64,000 nt of DNA, from NCBI GenBank assembly GCA_018662225.1, contig JABJGO010000088.1, forward strand, positions 42,830 through 106,829, written 5' to 3'. A model generated the notes under the pieces. It had not been told where the DNA came from. It did not search any database and saw only the letters and a program-made list of their open reading frames with translations. This DNA is from Rhodospirillales bacterium. GTDB taxonomy: Bacteria > Pseudomonadota > Alphaproteobacteria > Rhodospirillales > Casp-alpha2. Positions 47,961 through 58,091 of the stretch are shown here, piece by piece (the stretch's first letter is position 1; each line of letters starts with the position of its first letter). Position numbers and translations under genes: made by a program.

Positions 47961-48962
47961 GTGCATATTGGAACGTCTTTGGGGATTAGCCCCCGCGAGC
48001 CGATCACACATACAGTAGACGTCGTTAAAAGCGCAGAAAATCTTGGTTTTGACAGCGCCTGGATTGCCGACGTGCAGCTTTCCATGAAGGATTGCTATAC
48101 GGCCATGCCGTTATGCGCCGTGGCCACCTCAAAAATTCAAATCGGCACGGGCGTTACTAACCCGATTACCCGCGATCCAACGACCCTTGCGTGTTCCTTT
48201 ACGGCGCTCAACGAAATCAGTGACGGGCGGGCGATTTGTGGCATTGGTACCGGCTGGACCGGCGTTTTCTCTATTGGCAAGAAACCGTCGACCATCGATA
48301 ACCTGGAGCGATCCATCAACGACATCCATACGCTGACGGAAGGTGGGGACATCACCGGCCCGCACGGGATGGATTACCGATTGACCACCCATAATGGTCG
48401 TGTATCCGTCTATGTGGCTGCTAACCAGCCGCGTATCCTGCGTATGTGTGGCCGGGTTGCCGATGGCGTTATCATGATGGGTGGTGCCAACGAAGAGTTT
48501 ACAAAATGGCAAATTGATCTGGTTAAAGAGGGCGCTGAAGAAGTCGGGCGCGATTTCAACGAGATTACCCTGCATCTGTGGGCGGCGATCGGAATGGATG
48601 AAGACAAGGCACAGGGCCGCGAAGATGTCAGTCACTGGGCCGCATCCCAGGCCGAGACCTTCAGCCAGTGGAAACACACACCAGATTTTCTGGAAAAATG
48701 GCGCGACGACTTTACCGCTGCCAGTAACGCCTATGATCGTCTTGAGCACATGTCTTCTCATGCCAGCCACAAGAGCGTTCTGTCACCGGAATTCATTGAC
48801 TGGGTCGCCTTCACCGGCGGGCCACAGGAATGCCGAGACCAGATCAGCAAGTTGAAGGCACTCGGTCTTCATGGTGTCACGCTGGCCTTCCGTGCCGGAG
48901 CCGGCGGTCGTCAGGCTCGTATGGAAGAACTGTCCCGAGAAATCATTGAACACTTCAAGTAA
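47961..48962 (+). CDS. LLM-class (luciferase-like, Mer-like) oxidoreductase, probably F420-dependent
   Basis: LLM family blocks (GFDSAWIADVQ; GTGVTNPITRDP; ISDGRAICGIGTG). GTG start at 47961, 7 nt after GGAGGA. Confidence 0.75.
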   Translation: MHIGTSLGISPREPITHTVDVVKSAENLGFDSAWIADVQLSMKDCYTAMPLCAVATSKIQIGTGVTNPITRDPTTLACSFTALNEISDGRAICGIGTGWTGVFSIGKKPSTIDNLERSINDIHTLTEGGDITGPHGMDYRLTTHNGRVSVYVAANQPRILRMCGRVADGVIMMGGANEEFTKWQIDLVKEGAEEVGRDFNEITLHLWAAIGMDEDKAQGREDVSHWAASQAETFSQWKHTPDFLEKWRDDFTAASNAYDRLEHMSSHASHKSVLSPEFIDWVAFTGGPQECRDQISKLKALGLHGVTLAFRAGAGGRQARMEELSREIIEHFK

Positions 48963-48968
48963 GAGAAC

Positions 48969-49748
48969 ATGATGAGTAGCGACAAAACCATTGTCCTGAT
49001 TCATGGACTGTCCGAAGAACGCAGCGCCTGGAAACGGCAGATTGCGTTCCTTAGCGATCACATGAACGTGGTCGCCTATGATGTGCGGGGGTTCGGTTCC
49101 AGCCCGGTTGGGGCCGGTAACGGTACCGTGCATCAGATGGCCGACGATCTGGCCCAGATTGTCAGCGCCCAAGATGGCAGCAATGGGGGGACAGGGTCGG
49201 TTTATCTGTGTGGTTTTTCCATGGGTGGCGTCATTTCCCAGCGCTTTGCGCTGGATTTTCCTGATCTGTGCAGCGGGCTAATTCTTATCGCCAGTTCCTG
49301 TGTGGTTGGGCACCCGGGTGCTGAGTTCTTCACCCAACGCTTGAGTGACGTAGAGGCTGGTGGCCTGGATACACTGAATGCCACCAATACCAGTGACGCC
49401 CGGGGCTGTTTTGCGCCTGATAAGGAAAGCAACGAACCACTGATCGCTGAGTACCAGAAACTGCGGACTGAAGCCGTGCGTGATGTTAATGGTTATCTGA
49501 ATGCCGGGCGTGCCATGCTGCGGCTTAATACCGAGCCGATGATCCAGGACCTGGGTGCGATTCAACACCCCACACTGGTCATTGCCGGCGAGCTTGATCC
49601 CTTTTGCCCGCCAAGAGCATCGGAAATGATTACGGATGGTATCCCCAGTGCAGAAATGTGCGTGATCCCCGCTGTGGGGCATTGCCTGCATTGGGAAGAG
49701 CCGGACGTCACCAATAATCTGATCAAGGAATTTGTCGACACACATTAG
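48969..49748 (+). CDS. Alpha/beta hydrolase
   Basis: Nucleophile elbow GFSMGG and a C-terminal His (VGHCLHWE). Confidence 0.8.
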   Translation: MMSSDKTIVLIHGLSEERSAWKRQIAFLSDHMNVVAYDVRGFGSSPVGAGNGTVHQMADDLAQIVSAQDGSNGGTGSVYLCGFSMGGVISQRFALDFPDLCSGLILIASSCVVGHPGAEFFTQRLSDVEAGGLDTLNATNTSDARGCFAPDKESNEPLIAEYQKLRTEAVRDVNGYLNAGRAMLRLNTEPMIQDLGAIQHPTLVIAGELDPFCPPRASEMITDGIPSAEMCVIPAVGHCLHWEEPDVTNNLIKEFVDTH

Positions 49749-49765
49749 GTGAGGCTGGAACGATC

Positions 49766-50554
49766 ATGAGCGATGAAGAAAAAACAGAAGAAGGCCCTCC
49801 CCTGATTTGGGAAAAGCGCGGCCACGTTGCGATTCTGACCCTGAACAGGCCCAAGGCCATGAATTCATGGGATCCGGAAATGATGGACGAACATCGCCGG
49901 TTGCTAACTGAATTTGAAGATGATGATGACTTGCGGGTTCTGATCTACACGGGTGAAGGCCGAGCGTTTTCCACCGGCATCAATATTCGCAAAGCACCTG
50001 ACTATCTGTATCTTAACCCTAAAGAACGCACCACCAAATGGATCACCCCGAATTCCATCAAGCTGAGCAAGCCAACCATCGCAGCCATTAACGGCTTTGC
50101 CATTGGCGGCGGTCTGGAACTGGCTCTCGGGTGTGACATGCGGATCATGGCCGAAAGCGCCAAGGTGGGTCTGTCAGAAGTCAAACTCGGCGCACTGCCG
50201 GGCGGTGGCGGAACCCAGTGGTTGCCACGCCTCATCGGACTTGGCGATGCCTTGATGATGATGCTAACGGGTGAGCCCATTGATGCGGCAGAAGCATTCC
50301 GTTTGCGTCTGGTGCAGAAAGTTGTTCCCGATGACCAACTTTTGGACGAGGCCATGAAAATTGCCGAAGCCATCGCGGCCAATGGCAAAACCGCTGTGCG
50401 CCTGACCAAGGAAGTTGCCTTGCTGGGCCTCAATGCTTCGCTGGCCGACGCATTGTGGCTCGAAGAAATTTACTTTGCTCGCAACCGTGTTGATGCCGCT
50501 GATGAAATCAAGGAGCGTCTGGACGCTTTCCAGAACGCGGCAAAGAAAAAATAG
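49766..50554 (+). CDS. Enoyl-CoA hydratase/isomerase family protein
   Basis: Crotonase fold with NGFAIGGGLELALGCD. Confidence 0.85.
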   Translation: MSDEEKTEEGPPLIWEKRGHVAILTLNRPKAMNSWDPEMMDEHRRLLTEFEDDDDLRVLIYTGEGRAFSTGINIRKAPDYLYLNPKERTTKWITPNSIKLSKPTIAAINGFAIGGGLELALGCDMRIMAESAKVGLSEVKLGALPGGGGTQWLPRLIGLGDALMMMLTGEPIDAAEAFRLRLVQKVVPDDQLLDEAMKIAEAIAANGKTAVRLTKEVALLGLNASLADALWLEEIYFARNRVDAADEIKERLDAFQNAAKKK

Positions 50555-50565
50555 GAACACCGATT

Positions 50566-51372
50566 ATGGATTTAGGATTAAAGGGTAAGACTGCCATTGT
50601 AACCGGCGCCGCTTCCAACATTGGCAAGGCCATTGCTGTCGGTTTGTTCGGTGAAGGGGCCAATGTTGTCATCATTGATCTTGATGTGGCGCAGGCCGAA
50701 AAAGTTGTCGCCGACCTCAATGGCAATTCAGACGGCAATGAAGCCATGTTTGTAAAGGCCGATGTGGGCAACCGTGAAGAAGTTGGCGCTATGGCCGAAG
50801 CTGTCATGACCAAGTTCGGCTCCGTTGAAATTCTGGTCAATAATGCAGGCTGGACAGCCAACAACCTGTTTCTGAACAAGCCATACTCTGACTTTGAAAA
50901 AGAAGTCTCCATTAACCTGTGGGGTCCCATCAACTGCATTCATGCCATCGCGCCATCCATGATCGAAAGCAAATACGGCAAGATCGTCAATATTGGATCG
51001 GATGCCGGGCGGGTGGGTGAATATAACGAGGCTGTTTATGGCGCTTGCAAGGCTGGCCTGATTTCATTGACCAAGACTTTGGCTATCGAGTTTGGCAAGC
51101 ATGGCCTCAATTTGAATTGTGTTTGTCCTGGCTTGACCCTGCCCGACAATCCCGCAGCCGATGCTGGTATCGATAGCCTGTGGCATCCGGACAGCCCGCA
51201 AAGCAAGATTTTCCGTGATGAGGAAACCATGAAGAAGGTGGTGAAGCACTATCCCCTTCGTCGCCATGGCGTGCCGGAAGATCTGGTTCCCATGGTGATG
51301 ATGATGGCTTCGGATAAGACGTCCTATGTCACCGGCCAAACCATAAGCGTCAGCGGCGGTTACGCCATGTAA
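50566..51372 (+). CDS. SDR-family oxidoreductase
   Basis: TGAASNIGKA cofactor motif, NNAG, YGACK catalytic motif. Confidence 0.85.
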   Translation: MDLGLKGKTAIVTGAASNIGKAIAVGLFGEGANVVIIDLDVAQAEKVVADLNGNSDGNEAMFVKADVGNREEVGAMAEAVMTKFGSVEILVNNAGWTANNLFLNKPYSDFEKEVSINLWGPINCIHAIAPSMIESKYGKIVNIGSDAGRVGEYNEAVYGACKAGLISLTKTLAIEFGKHGLNLNCVCPGLTLPDNPAADAGIDSLWHPDSPQSKIFRDEETMKKVVKHYPLRRHGVPEDLVPMVMMMASDKTSYVTGQTISVSGGYAM

Positions 51373-51397
51373 GGCGAGAGACTGGAAGGGAGACAAC

Positions 51398-53044
51398 GTG
51401 AGCGATCTGGCGGAAACATACCGCGCCGAGGGTTACTGGACGGACAAGCTTCTGACGGATTTTTTTGAAGCTGCCGTGAAAGCGACTCCTGACAAGGTCT
51501 TTGTGAAAGATGATCGTCACGGTGCCTTTAGCTATGCGGACACGTCGCCAATCGTGCTAAAACTGGCGGCGGCCTTGCAGGAAAAAGGTATCGGACGGGA
51601 TGACAAATTCGTTGTAGCCCTGCCAAACTGGTATCACGTGCCGGTATTTGCTTTGGCTCTTAACTATCTGGGTGCGGTCTGCGTTCACATGCCGGCGACT
51701 GGCGGTGCGCATGAGTTCTCCGGTGTCTTATCCGTTTCCGAAGCCAAAGGCATTGTTGTACCGCGCTCCTTTGGCAGCAGCGATCATGTGCAGATGATCA
51801 ATAGCATTGCCAGTGATCTGGAAAATCTGGAGCTGTGCATTGCCGTTGATGGTGATCCTGAGGATTCTAAATGGTTGGGTTTTGATGAGCTGATGGCGGG
51901 TGCCCAGGAAAGCGGTCCGGACCACAGCCACAGACCGGACGCATCGGACGTGACAGCCCTGATCTTCACGTCTGGATCATCGGGCGCGCCCAAAGGTGTG
52001 GTGCATAGTTCCAACTCCCTGACGGCATTGAATACAACCCTTTACCCAATCTTTGATTTTGGATCTGATGAAATCATTTTCATGGGTGCACCGCTGGGGT
52101 TTTCGGCGGGCCTCGCCCATGGTTTACGCCTAGCCGTGGTGCTTGGCTGCACGCTGATCCTGCAGGAAGTCTGGAATTCAGAGCGGGCGCTTGAAACCAT
52201 GGCCCGGGAGAAGGCTACGTTCACCCTGACCACGCCCACACTGTTACATGATATTTTCCGCAGCCCGGCGTTCGATGAGTTCAGTGAGCAGATTTGCCTG
52301 AAACTCATGCTGTGCGGTGGTATGTATGTTCCCACACCCTTGCTGCGGGAAGCCAGGGAGCGTTGGCCCAATACACTCACATCTGTGATCTGGGGCATGA
52401 CCGAAGGGATTGGTACGTGCAGCCGTTATGACACGCCCGTGGACAAGCTCGTGGAAACCGACGGTCGACCGTTTCTTGGTACGGAACTGAAAATCGTCCG
52501 CCAGAACGATGAAGCCGCGGCACCGGGCGAAATTGGAGATCTGGTCATGCGTGGGCCACAGCTATTCCTGGGTTACTACAAGCGACCCGAGTTGGATGCA
52601 GACGTCTTCCTTGCGGGCGATCCAACCGGTCGCTGGTTCCGGACAGGCGATGTCGCCTCCATTGATGAAGATGGTTATCTGAAACTGCGTGGTCGCAAGA
52701 AGGAGTTGATCATTCGCGGTGGGGCCAACCTGTCTCCATCCGAAATTGAGGAACAACTGGCCAGTGATGCGCGAATTCACGCTGTGCTGGTGGTTGGTAT
52801 CCCGGACGAACGATTGGGCGAAAAAGTCTGCGCATGCATCATCCCGACCCCGGGTTGTGAAAATTTCTGTCTGGATGACCTCATCGAAATCGCAGGTCTA
52901 TCGGGGCTTTCCAAGGCCAAGTGGCCGGAACGATTGGAAATAGTCGAAGCATTTCCTACGACATCAGCAGGCAAGATCCAGCGCCACGTGTTACAAGAAC
53001 AAGTGTGCAAGAAAATTGAAGCTGAACAAGCGGGAGAGGCATAG
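51398..53044 (+). CDS. AMP-binding acyl-CoA synthetase/ligase
   Basis: FTSGSSGAPKG, WGMTEG, FRTGD and a C-terminal GKIQR. GTG start. Confidence 0.85.
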   Translation: MSDLAETYRAEGYWTDKLLTDFFEAAVKATPDKVFVKDDRHGAFSYADTSPIVLKLAAALQEKGIGRDDKFVVALPNWYHVPVFALALNYLGAVCVHMPATGGAHEFSGVLSVSEAKGIVVPRSFGSSDHVQMINSIASDLENLELCIAVDGDPEDSKWLGFDELMAGAQESGPDHSHRPDASDVTALIFTSGSSGAPKGVVHSSNSLTALNTTLYPIFDFGSDEIIFMGAPLGFSAGLAHGLRLAVVLGCTLILQEVWNSERALETMAREKATFTLTTPTLLHDIFRSPAFDEFSEQICLKLMLCGGMYVPTPLLREARERWPNTLTSVIWGMTEGIGTCSRYDTPVDKLVETDGRPFLGTELKIVRQNDEAAAPGEIGDLVMRGPQLFLGYYKRPELDADVFLAGDPTGRWFRTGDVASIDEDGYLKLRGRKKELIIRGGANLSPSEIEEQLASDARIHAVLVVGIPDERLGEKVCACIIPTPGCENFCLDDLIEIAGLSGLSKAKWPERLEIVEAFPTTSAGKIQRHVLQEQVCKKIEAEQAGEA

Positions 53045-54210
53045 TGGATTTTTCCCTCACATCTGATCAGCAGGCGATTTGTGAAACGGTCCAGAAAATC
53101 TGTGACGATTTCGACGATGATTACTGGCTGGAACACGATAAATCCGGCGAATTTCCCGACGACTTCCATATGGCCATGGCAAATGGCGGCTGGCTTGGCA
53201 TTGCCATGCCTGAAGAATTCGGTGGTGCTGGACTGGGTGTTACCGAGGCGGCCCTGATGATGCATAAAGTCGCAAGTTCATCCGGGGCCATGGCGGCTGC
53301 ATCGGCTATCCACATCAACGTGTTCGGCCCACACGCCATTGTGGTTTTTGGTAGCGAAGAACAAAAAAAGAAATGGTTGCCTGATCTGATCGAAGGGCGT
53401 GTGAAGACCTGTTTCGGGATCACCGAGCCCGACGCTGGACTTAACACCACATCCATCAAGACGCGCGCTGAGCGTGACGGCGACAGCTACAAGGTTTTCG
53501 GCAAGAAGGTGTGGACGTCAACGGGTCTGCAGGCCGACAAGATTATGCTGCTGACCCGCACCACACCCAAGGAAGAGTGCGAACGCCCCACCGATGGCAT
53601 GACGCTGTTTTACACGGATCTGGACCGTAAATACTGTGACGTGCGGGCAATCCCCAAGATGGGTCGCGCGGCGGTACCCTCATGTGAAACCTTTATTGAC
53701 GGCTTGCCCGTGCCGGCTGAGGACCGCATCGGTGAGGAAGGCAAGGGGTTCAAGTATATCCTGCACAGTCTTAATCCAGAACGGGTGCTGGTTGCCATGG
53801 AAGGCATTGGCATTGGACAGAATGCGTTGGCGCGGGCCGCCCAGTACGCCAAAGACCGCGTTGTGTTCGACCGCCCTATTGGCATGAACCAATCCATTCA
53901 GCACCCGCTGGCTGAGAACTGGATTGAGTTGGAGGCCGCTTTCCTCATGGCCATGAAAGCGGCATATCTCTATGACACGGACCAGCCGTGTGGCCTCGAA
54001 GCCAATGCGGCCAAGTATCTTGGCGGCGAGGCTGGCTTCAAGGCCTGTACACAAGCCATTATGACCCACGGCGGCATGGGTTACGCCAAGGAATTTCATG
54101 TGGAGCGACTGTTGCGCGAAGTCTTGATTACCCGCCTGGCCCCCATTAGCCCGCAACTAATTCTATGCAACATCGCCGAAAAGGCGCTGGGGTTACCCAA
54201 GTCATACTGA
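53044..54210 (+). CDS. Acyl-CoA dehydrogenase
   Basis: 388 aa ACAD fold (GITEPDAGLN; C-terminal catalytic region). GTG start overlaps the upstream stop (TAGTG). Confidence 0.85.
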   Translation: MDFSLTSDQQAICETVQKICDDFDDDYWLEHDKSGEFPDDFHMAMANGGWLGIAMPEEFGGAGLGVTEAALMMHKVASSSGAMAAASAIHINVFGPHAIVVFGSEEQKKKWLPDLIEGRVKTCFGITEPDAGLNTTSIKTRAERDGDSYKVFGKKVWTSTGLQADKIMLLTRTTPKEECERPTDGMTLFYTDLDRKYCDVRAIPKMGRAAVPSCETFIDGLPVPAEDRIGEEGKGFKYILHSLNPERVLVAMEGIGIGQNALARAAQYAKDRVVFDRPIGMNQSIQHPLAENWIELEAAFLMAMKAAYLYDTDQPCGLEANAAKYLGGEAGFKACTQAIMTHGGMGYAKEFHVERLLREVLITRLAPISPQLILCNIAEKALGLPKSY

Positions 54211-55449
54211 CGTCAGCGTTTTCCATTGTGTCCGTAACCCATGCCTGAATTCCGGGGCGGCCAACTCTATCAGTGCCTCGGCGCGGGCTTGTACAGGCAG
54301 ATGCTTGATGCGCTGCGCGCCGAACTCTGTCACCACATAATCTATGTCACTGCGGAGTGCCGTGGCTGGTGTGTTCGAAGTCAGTGCAGGCACAATGCGT
54401 GAAACTGTGCCACCGGAGGCTGTGGCGTTGAGCGCGATGATGGAGCGTCCACCATTCGAGAGTGCTGCACCGCGCATCATATCCACCGAGCCGCCGGTAC
54501 CACTGACTTGGCTTCCACCCAGCACGTCGGCGTTGATCTGTCCGAACAGATCGATCTCCAGAGCCGAGTTAATGGAAACGAAATTGTCAATCTGGCGCAA
54601 GGTACCCGGATCATGGGTATGGTTGACCGGGCGGAAGCTTAGCCGCTCGGATTTGCCAACCCAGTCAATTAACTTTTGTGAGCCCAATGTGGCACCGGTC
54701 GTCAGCGTGCCCTTGATGTTACCGGCATTGGCCAGTGCCATCACACCGTCGGTAATCATACCCGAATGAAACTTCAGATCGTTCTTGTCTGTGAGCGCGG
54801 CCAACGTGGCGTCTGGAATGGCCCCAATCCCGATCTGGAGACAGTCGCCATCGTTGATCAACTGAGCCACCGACGCGCCAATGGCACGCGTCGCATCACC
54901 CGCTTTCGCGACGGGAAACGTAAGGATCGCACGATCCGTTTTTACGGCATGGGTTAGTCGGTCCGCTGGCATTCGGAGACTGTCAACAGGTAATGGTTGT
55001 CGGGCATTTATCTCACCGATCACCAGCTTGGCCTTGCCCAGAACGGCGGGTAGAAAATCCGCACTGATACCGTGGCTGATCATGCCGTCCTCGTCTGCTG
55101 GTGGCAGTTGCACGATAACCGCATCGATATCCAGTTCGCATTCCAGATAGTCATAGATGGCACGATATTGCAGGGGCAGATAATCGACCCGACCCGCCGC
55201 CATGCTGTCGCGATTCTGCGGTGTTGCGAAAAAGGCGGTTGAACGCGCGTCAGGATGAAAGCTTGAAAAGTCCACGCCATTCATGCCAGGCACCGAAATC
55301 GAGATGAAATGAACCCCGGCACAGGCATCGCCTGAATTTCCCAAAGCATCGAGAATATCACTGGGTTCCGCCGTGGCGCCCGCTACAAAAACCGTCATGC
55401 CGGGTTTTAGCAGTTCAGCGACCTGATCGGCTTCAACCCAGTTGGTCAT
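54202..55449 (-). CDS. Acetyl-CoA hydrolase/transferase-family CoA-transferase
   Basis: 415 aa with family-typical GGSVDM and overall layout. Confidence 0.8.
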   Translation of the reverse strand: MTNWVEADQVAELLKPGMTVFVAGATAEPSDILDALGNSGDACAGVHFISISVPGMNGVDFSSFHPDARSTAFFATPQNRDSMAAGRVDYLPLQYRAIYDYLECELDIDAVIVQLPPADEDGMISHGISADFLPAVLGKAKLVIGEINARQPLPVDSLRMPADRLTHAVKTDRAILTFPVAKAGDATRAIGASVAQLINDGDCLQIGIGAIPDATLAALTDKNDLKFHSGMITDGVMALANAGNIKGTLTTGATLGSQKLIDWVGKSERLSFRPVNHTHDPGTLRQIDNFVSINSALEIDLFGQINADVLGGSQVSGTGGSVDMMRGAALSNGGRSIIALNATASGGTVSRIVPALTSNTPATALRSDIDYVVTEFGAQRIKHLPVQARAEALIELAAPEFRHGLRTQWKTLTSV

Positions 55450-55464
55450 ACAGAAACCATCCCT

Positions 55465-56898
55465 TTAAGCACTTACCGGTGGGCGACGATCCGCCCATGG
55501 TTTTGCCTGCTCAAGCTGGGCAGCCAATGACAGCAGCGTGGCCTCGTCCCCATAGCGCCCGGTAAAGTGTGTACCAATGGGCAGGTTGGCATCATTCCAG
55601 TGCAGCGGCAATGAAATACCCGGCTGTCCCGTGGCATTGGCGATCAGGGTGAAGCCGGTAAAATCGCCCAGTCGTTTAAAGTGCTCGTCCCGGGTTTCCG
55701 GTGTGTATTCGAAGTAGCCCAGCGGCACCGGTGGTTGGGCCAGAGTGGGCGTCAGCCACACGTCATAATCTTCGAAGAAAAGGCCGAAGTCGCGATTGAT
55801 TTTTTGCAACTGTTGCATCGCGAGCAGGTACTTGCCGCCGCTCATGCCAAGGCCGTGCTGGTACATTTTCCAGGTTACCGGCTCGAAGTGCTCTTCGGCT
55901 GGCTCGCGCCCGGTGATCTGCTGCCATCCCTGAATAGCCCAGACCAGATAGTTGGTGAATGCGATGCCAAAGGATTTCAGCATCGCCCGGCTGTCCACCT
56001 GGGGTGAGGCGATTTCCACATCGTGGCCCAGATCTTCACACAGTTTCGCGGTAGCGTGTGCTGCGGCAATACAATCGGCATGGGTTTCGGCACCGGTAAG
56101 AGGTTCCGTACCCAGAGCAATGCGCAGGCGCTTCGGGGTTTGTTTGATCTGTTCCAGATAGGGATACGCGGGTGGTGTAGGAGCATAAGGCTCACCCGGT
56201 ACAGAGCCGTTGGTGGCGTCGAGGATCGCCGCACTATCACGGACAGAGCGAGTTACCACGTGTTCGCAGATAATACCGCCCAGAATATCACCATAGTTTG
56301 GCGCCAGCGAGTTACGGCCACGCGTCGGTTTAAGACCCACCAGTCCACATGCCGAAGCGGGAATACGGATGGAGCCGCCGCCATCGTTGGCATGCGCCGC
56401 CGCCACCATGCCCGACGCCACGGCAGCGGATGAGCCGCCACTGGAGCCGCCGGTGCCCCGGCTTAAATCCCACGGGTTGCAGGTCGGGCCATAGTGGCCG
56501 GGCTCGGTGGTTGGTAGTAGTCCGTATTCTGAGGAATTGGTTTTGCCCATGATGATCAGGCCTGCCTGCTTGTAACGGCGGACAAGTTCGCAATCTTCTT
56601 TTGAGACGTATTGTCCGGCAAGATAGGCCGAGCCATCCGTGCGTGGCATGCCCTCACATTCTGACACCAGATCTTTTAACAAGAATGGAACACCGCAGAA
56701 GGGAGCATCTGAATGATCCAATGCCCTGGTCGCTGCATCGCGTGCCATATCGAAGAAAGGCATGATCACGGCGTTCAGGTCCGGATTTAATTTCTCAATG
56801 CGATCAATCGCAGCATTGACCATTTCAAGCGGTGTAACGTCCTTTGAACGGACCAGTTCCGCCTGCGCCGTAGCGTCTAAAAATGCAATATTTTCCAT
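55465..56898 (-). CDS. Amidase (amidase-signature family)
   Basis: [14 protein letters not shown] signature and a Ser-cisSer-Lys context. Confidence 0.85.
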   Translation of the reverse strand: MENIAFLDATAQAELVRSKDVTPLEMVNAAIDRIEKLNPDLNAVIMPFFDMARDAATRALDHSDAPFCGVPFLLKDLVSECEGMPRTDGSAYLAGQYVSKEDCELVRRYKQAGLIIMGKTNSSEYGLLPTTEPGHYGPTCNPWDLSRGTGGSSGGSSAAVASGMVAAAHANDGGGSIRIPASACGLVGLKPTRGRNSLAPNYGDILGGIICEHVVTRSVRDSAAILDATNGSVPGEPYAPTPPAYPYLEQIKQTPKRLRIALGTEPLTGAETHADCIAAAHATAKLCEDLGHDVEIASPQVDSRAMLKSFGIAFTNYLVWAIQGWQQITGREPAEEHFEPVTWKMYQHGLGMSGGKYLLAMQQLQKINRDFGLFFEDYDVWLTPTLAQPPVPLGYFEYTPETRDEHFKRLGDFTGFTLIANATGQPGISLPLHWNDANLPIGTHFTGRYGDEATLLSLAAQLEQAKPWADRRPPVSA

Positions 56899-56991
56899 AA
56901 CTTAAGTCGACTCCGGTATGTGTAGCCGTTTGTAAAACATTCGAAGCGTTCACACGCTGAGGCGTGTATCCAACATCGTGATACGCCTGTC

Positions 56992-57023
56992 GTAAACCTG
57001 AAAAAATCACCTTTCCGGGTAAC
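56992..57023 (+). promoter_or_regulatory. Copy 4 of the conserved 32-nt motif (more diverged spacer)
   Basis: GTAAACCTGAAAAAATCACCTTTCCGGGTAAC, between the divergent amidase and LLM genes. An extra GTAAC lies at 57076-57080. Confidence 0.55.
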
Positions 57024-57122
57024 ATATTCATCATGTTATTTTTTGTGTTGCGCCCGTCAAATTTCTGTATTTAACGTAACCTTGGGGCCTTGGACAATTT
57101 GCGAATATTGGGGATTGACCTA

Positions 57123-58091
57123 ATGGTAAAAATTTCAGATGTCAGCGTTATGATGTTCCCCTGGGGTGTGGAAACACCCAAGGTGAGCGAAATCGTTGAA
57201 GCCGCTCAACTGGCTGAAGAGTTGGGGTTCTATTCCGTAACACTGCCCATGCACATGACCATGCCGCCGGGCTGGCTGTTTACCACGTTTCCTAATCAGG
57301 ACGTGCTCGATGCTATGGTTGTTTTACCAGCCATAGCGGCGGGAACCAAAACGCTCAGGCTCGGCACTAACTCGGCACTCCTGCCCCTGCTGCCGCCCTA
57401 CGAATGGGCCAAGTATTTTTCCACGCTCGACGTCATGTCGGAGGGCCGTGTGATAATCGGTGCCGCCATGGGGTGGTGGCATGAAGATTTCGGATCCGTC
57501 GGCGTCAACAGCAAGAAACGCGGCAAGCTGTTTGACGAGCAGCTTGAAATTCTTACCCGTCTATGGACCGAAGACCGGATTACGTTCGAAGGCGAGCACT
57601 ATCAGATTGATGATATTCCCATGCAACCTCGACCCGTTCAGGCCAAGCCGCCTATCTGGATTGGCGGCGGTGTAAAATCTATCGATAGGGCGGCCAAATA
57701 CGGCGAATGCATTGTGCCCTTCTGGCCATCACCCGATGACGTCAGAGACCTGTGGAAGCCCAAGTTGATGGAAGCGGCCGCCCGGTTTGGCACAACACCC
57801 AAACTGTCATCCTTTACGTTCGCCTATATCGCCGACAGTGATGAGGACCTCGAGAAATACATGCCAGTTCTGCGTAATTGTGTGGCATTTGAAGACCCAA
57901 GTATTGAGCCTTCCAATGTGACGATCAGTGGATCACCCGAACAATGTGCTGAGAAAATCATGGCGCTTTCCGATGCGGGGATTGATCACTTTGTGGTTGA
58001 GTTCCAGTTCCACGGATTGGAATCCGTTGCCTTCGGCATGAACCAGTTGGAAAAATTTGCGACGAAGGTCGCGCCATTGCTAACAGATTAA
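57123..58091 (+). CDS. LLM-class oxidoreductase resembling the probable-F420-dependent Rv2161c-type subfamily
   Basis: Blocks LRLGTNSALLPL, LDVMSEGRVIIGAAMGWWHEDF, RGKLFDEQLEILTRLW and PPIWIGGG. Start set at MVKISD. Confidence 0.75.
   Translation: MVKISDVSVMMFPWGVETPKVSEIVEAAQLAEELGFYSVTLPMHMTMPPGWLFTTFPNQDVLDAMVVLPAIAAGTKTLRLGTNSALLPLLPPYEWAKYFSTLDVMSEGRVIIGAAMGWWHEDFGSVGVNSKKRGKLFDEQLEILTRLWTEDRITFEGEHYQIDDIPMQPRPVQAKPPIWIGGGVKSIDRAAKYGECIVPFWPSPDDVRDLWKPKLMEAAARFGTTPKLSSFTFAYIADSDEDLEKYMPVLRNCVAFEDPSIEPSNVTISGSPEQCAEKIMALSDAGIDHFVVEFQFHGLESVAFGMNQLEKFATKVAPLLTD

Noticed and set aside
35884-57023. The GTAAAC-N21-GTAAC motif as a riboswitch or 5'-UTR RNA element, for example one sensing F420.
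   Set aside because: Copy 3 is in the opposite orientation relative to its downstream operon. Copy 2 ends only 9 nt before a start codon. The 21-nt spacer shows no compensatory pairing. A DNA-level operator or promoter fits better.
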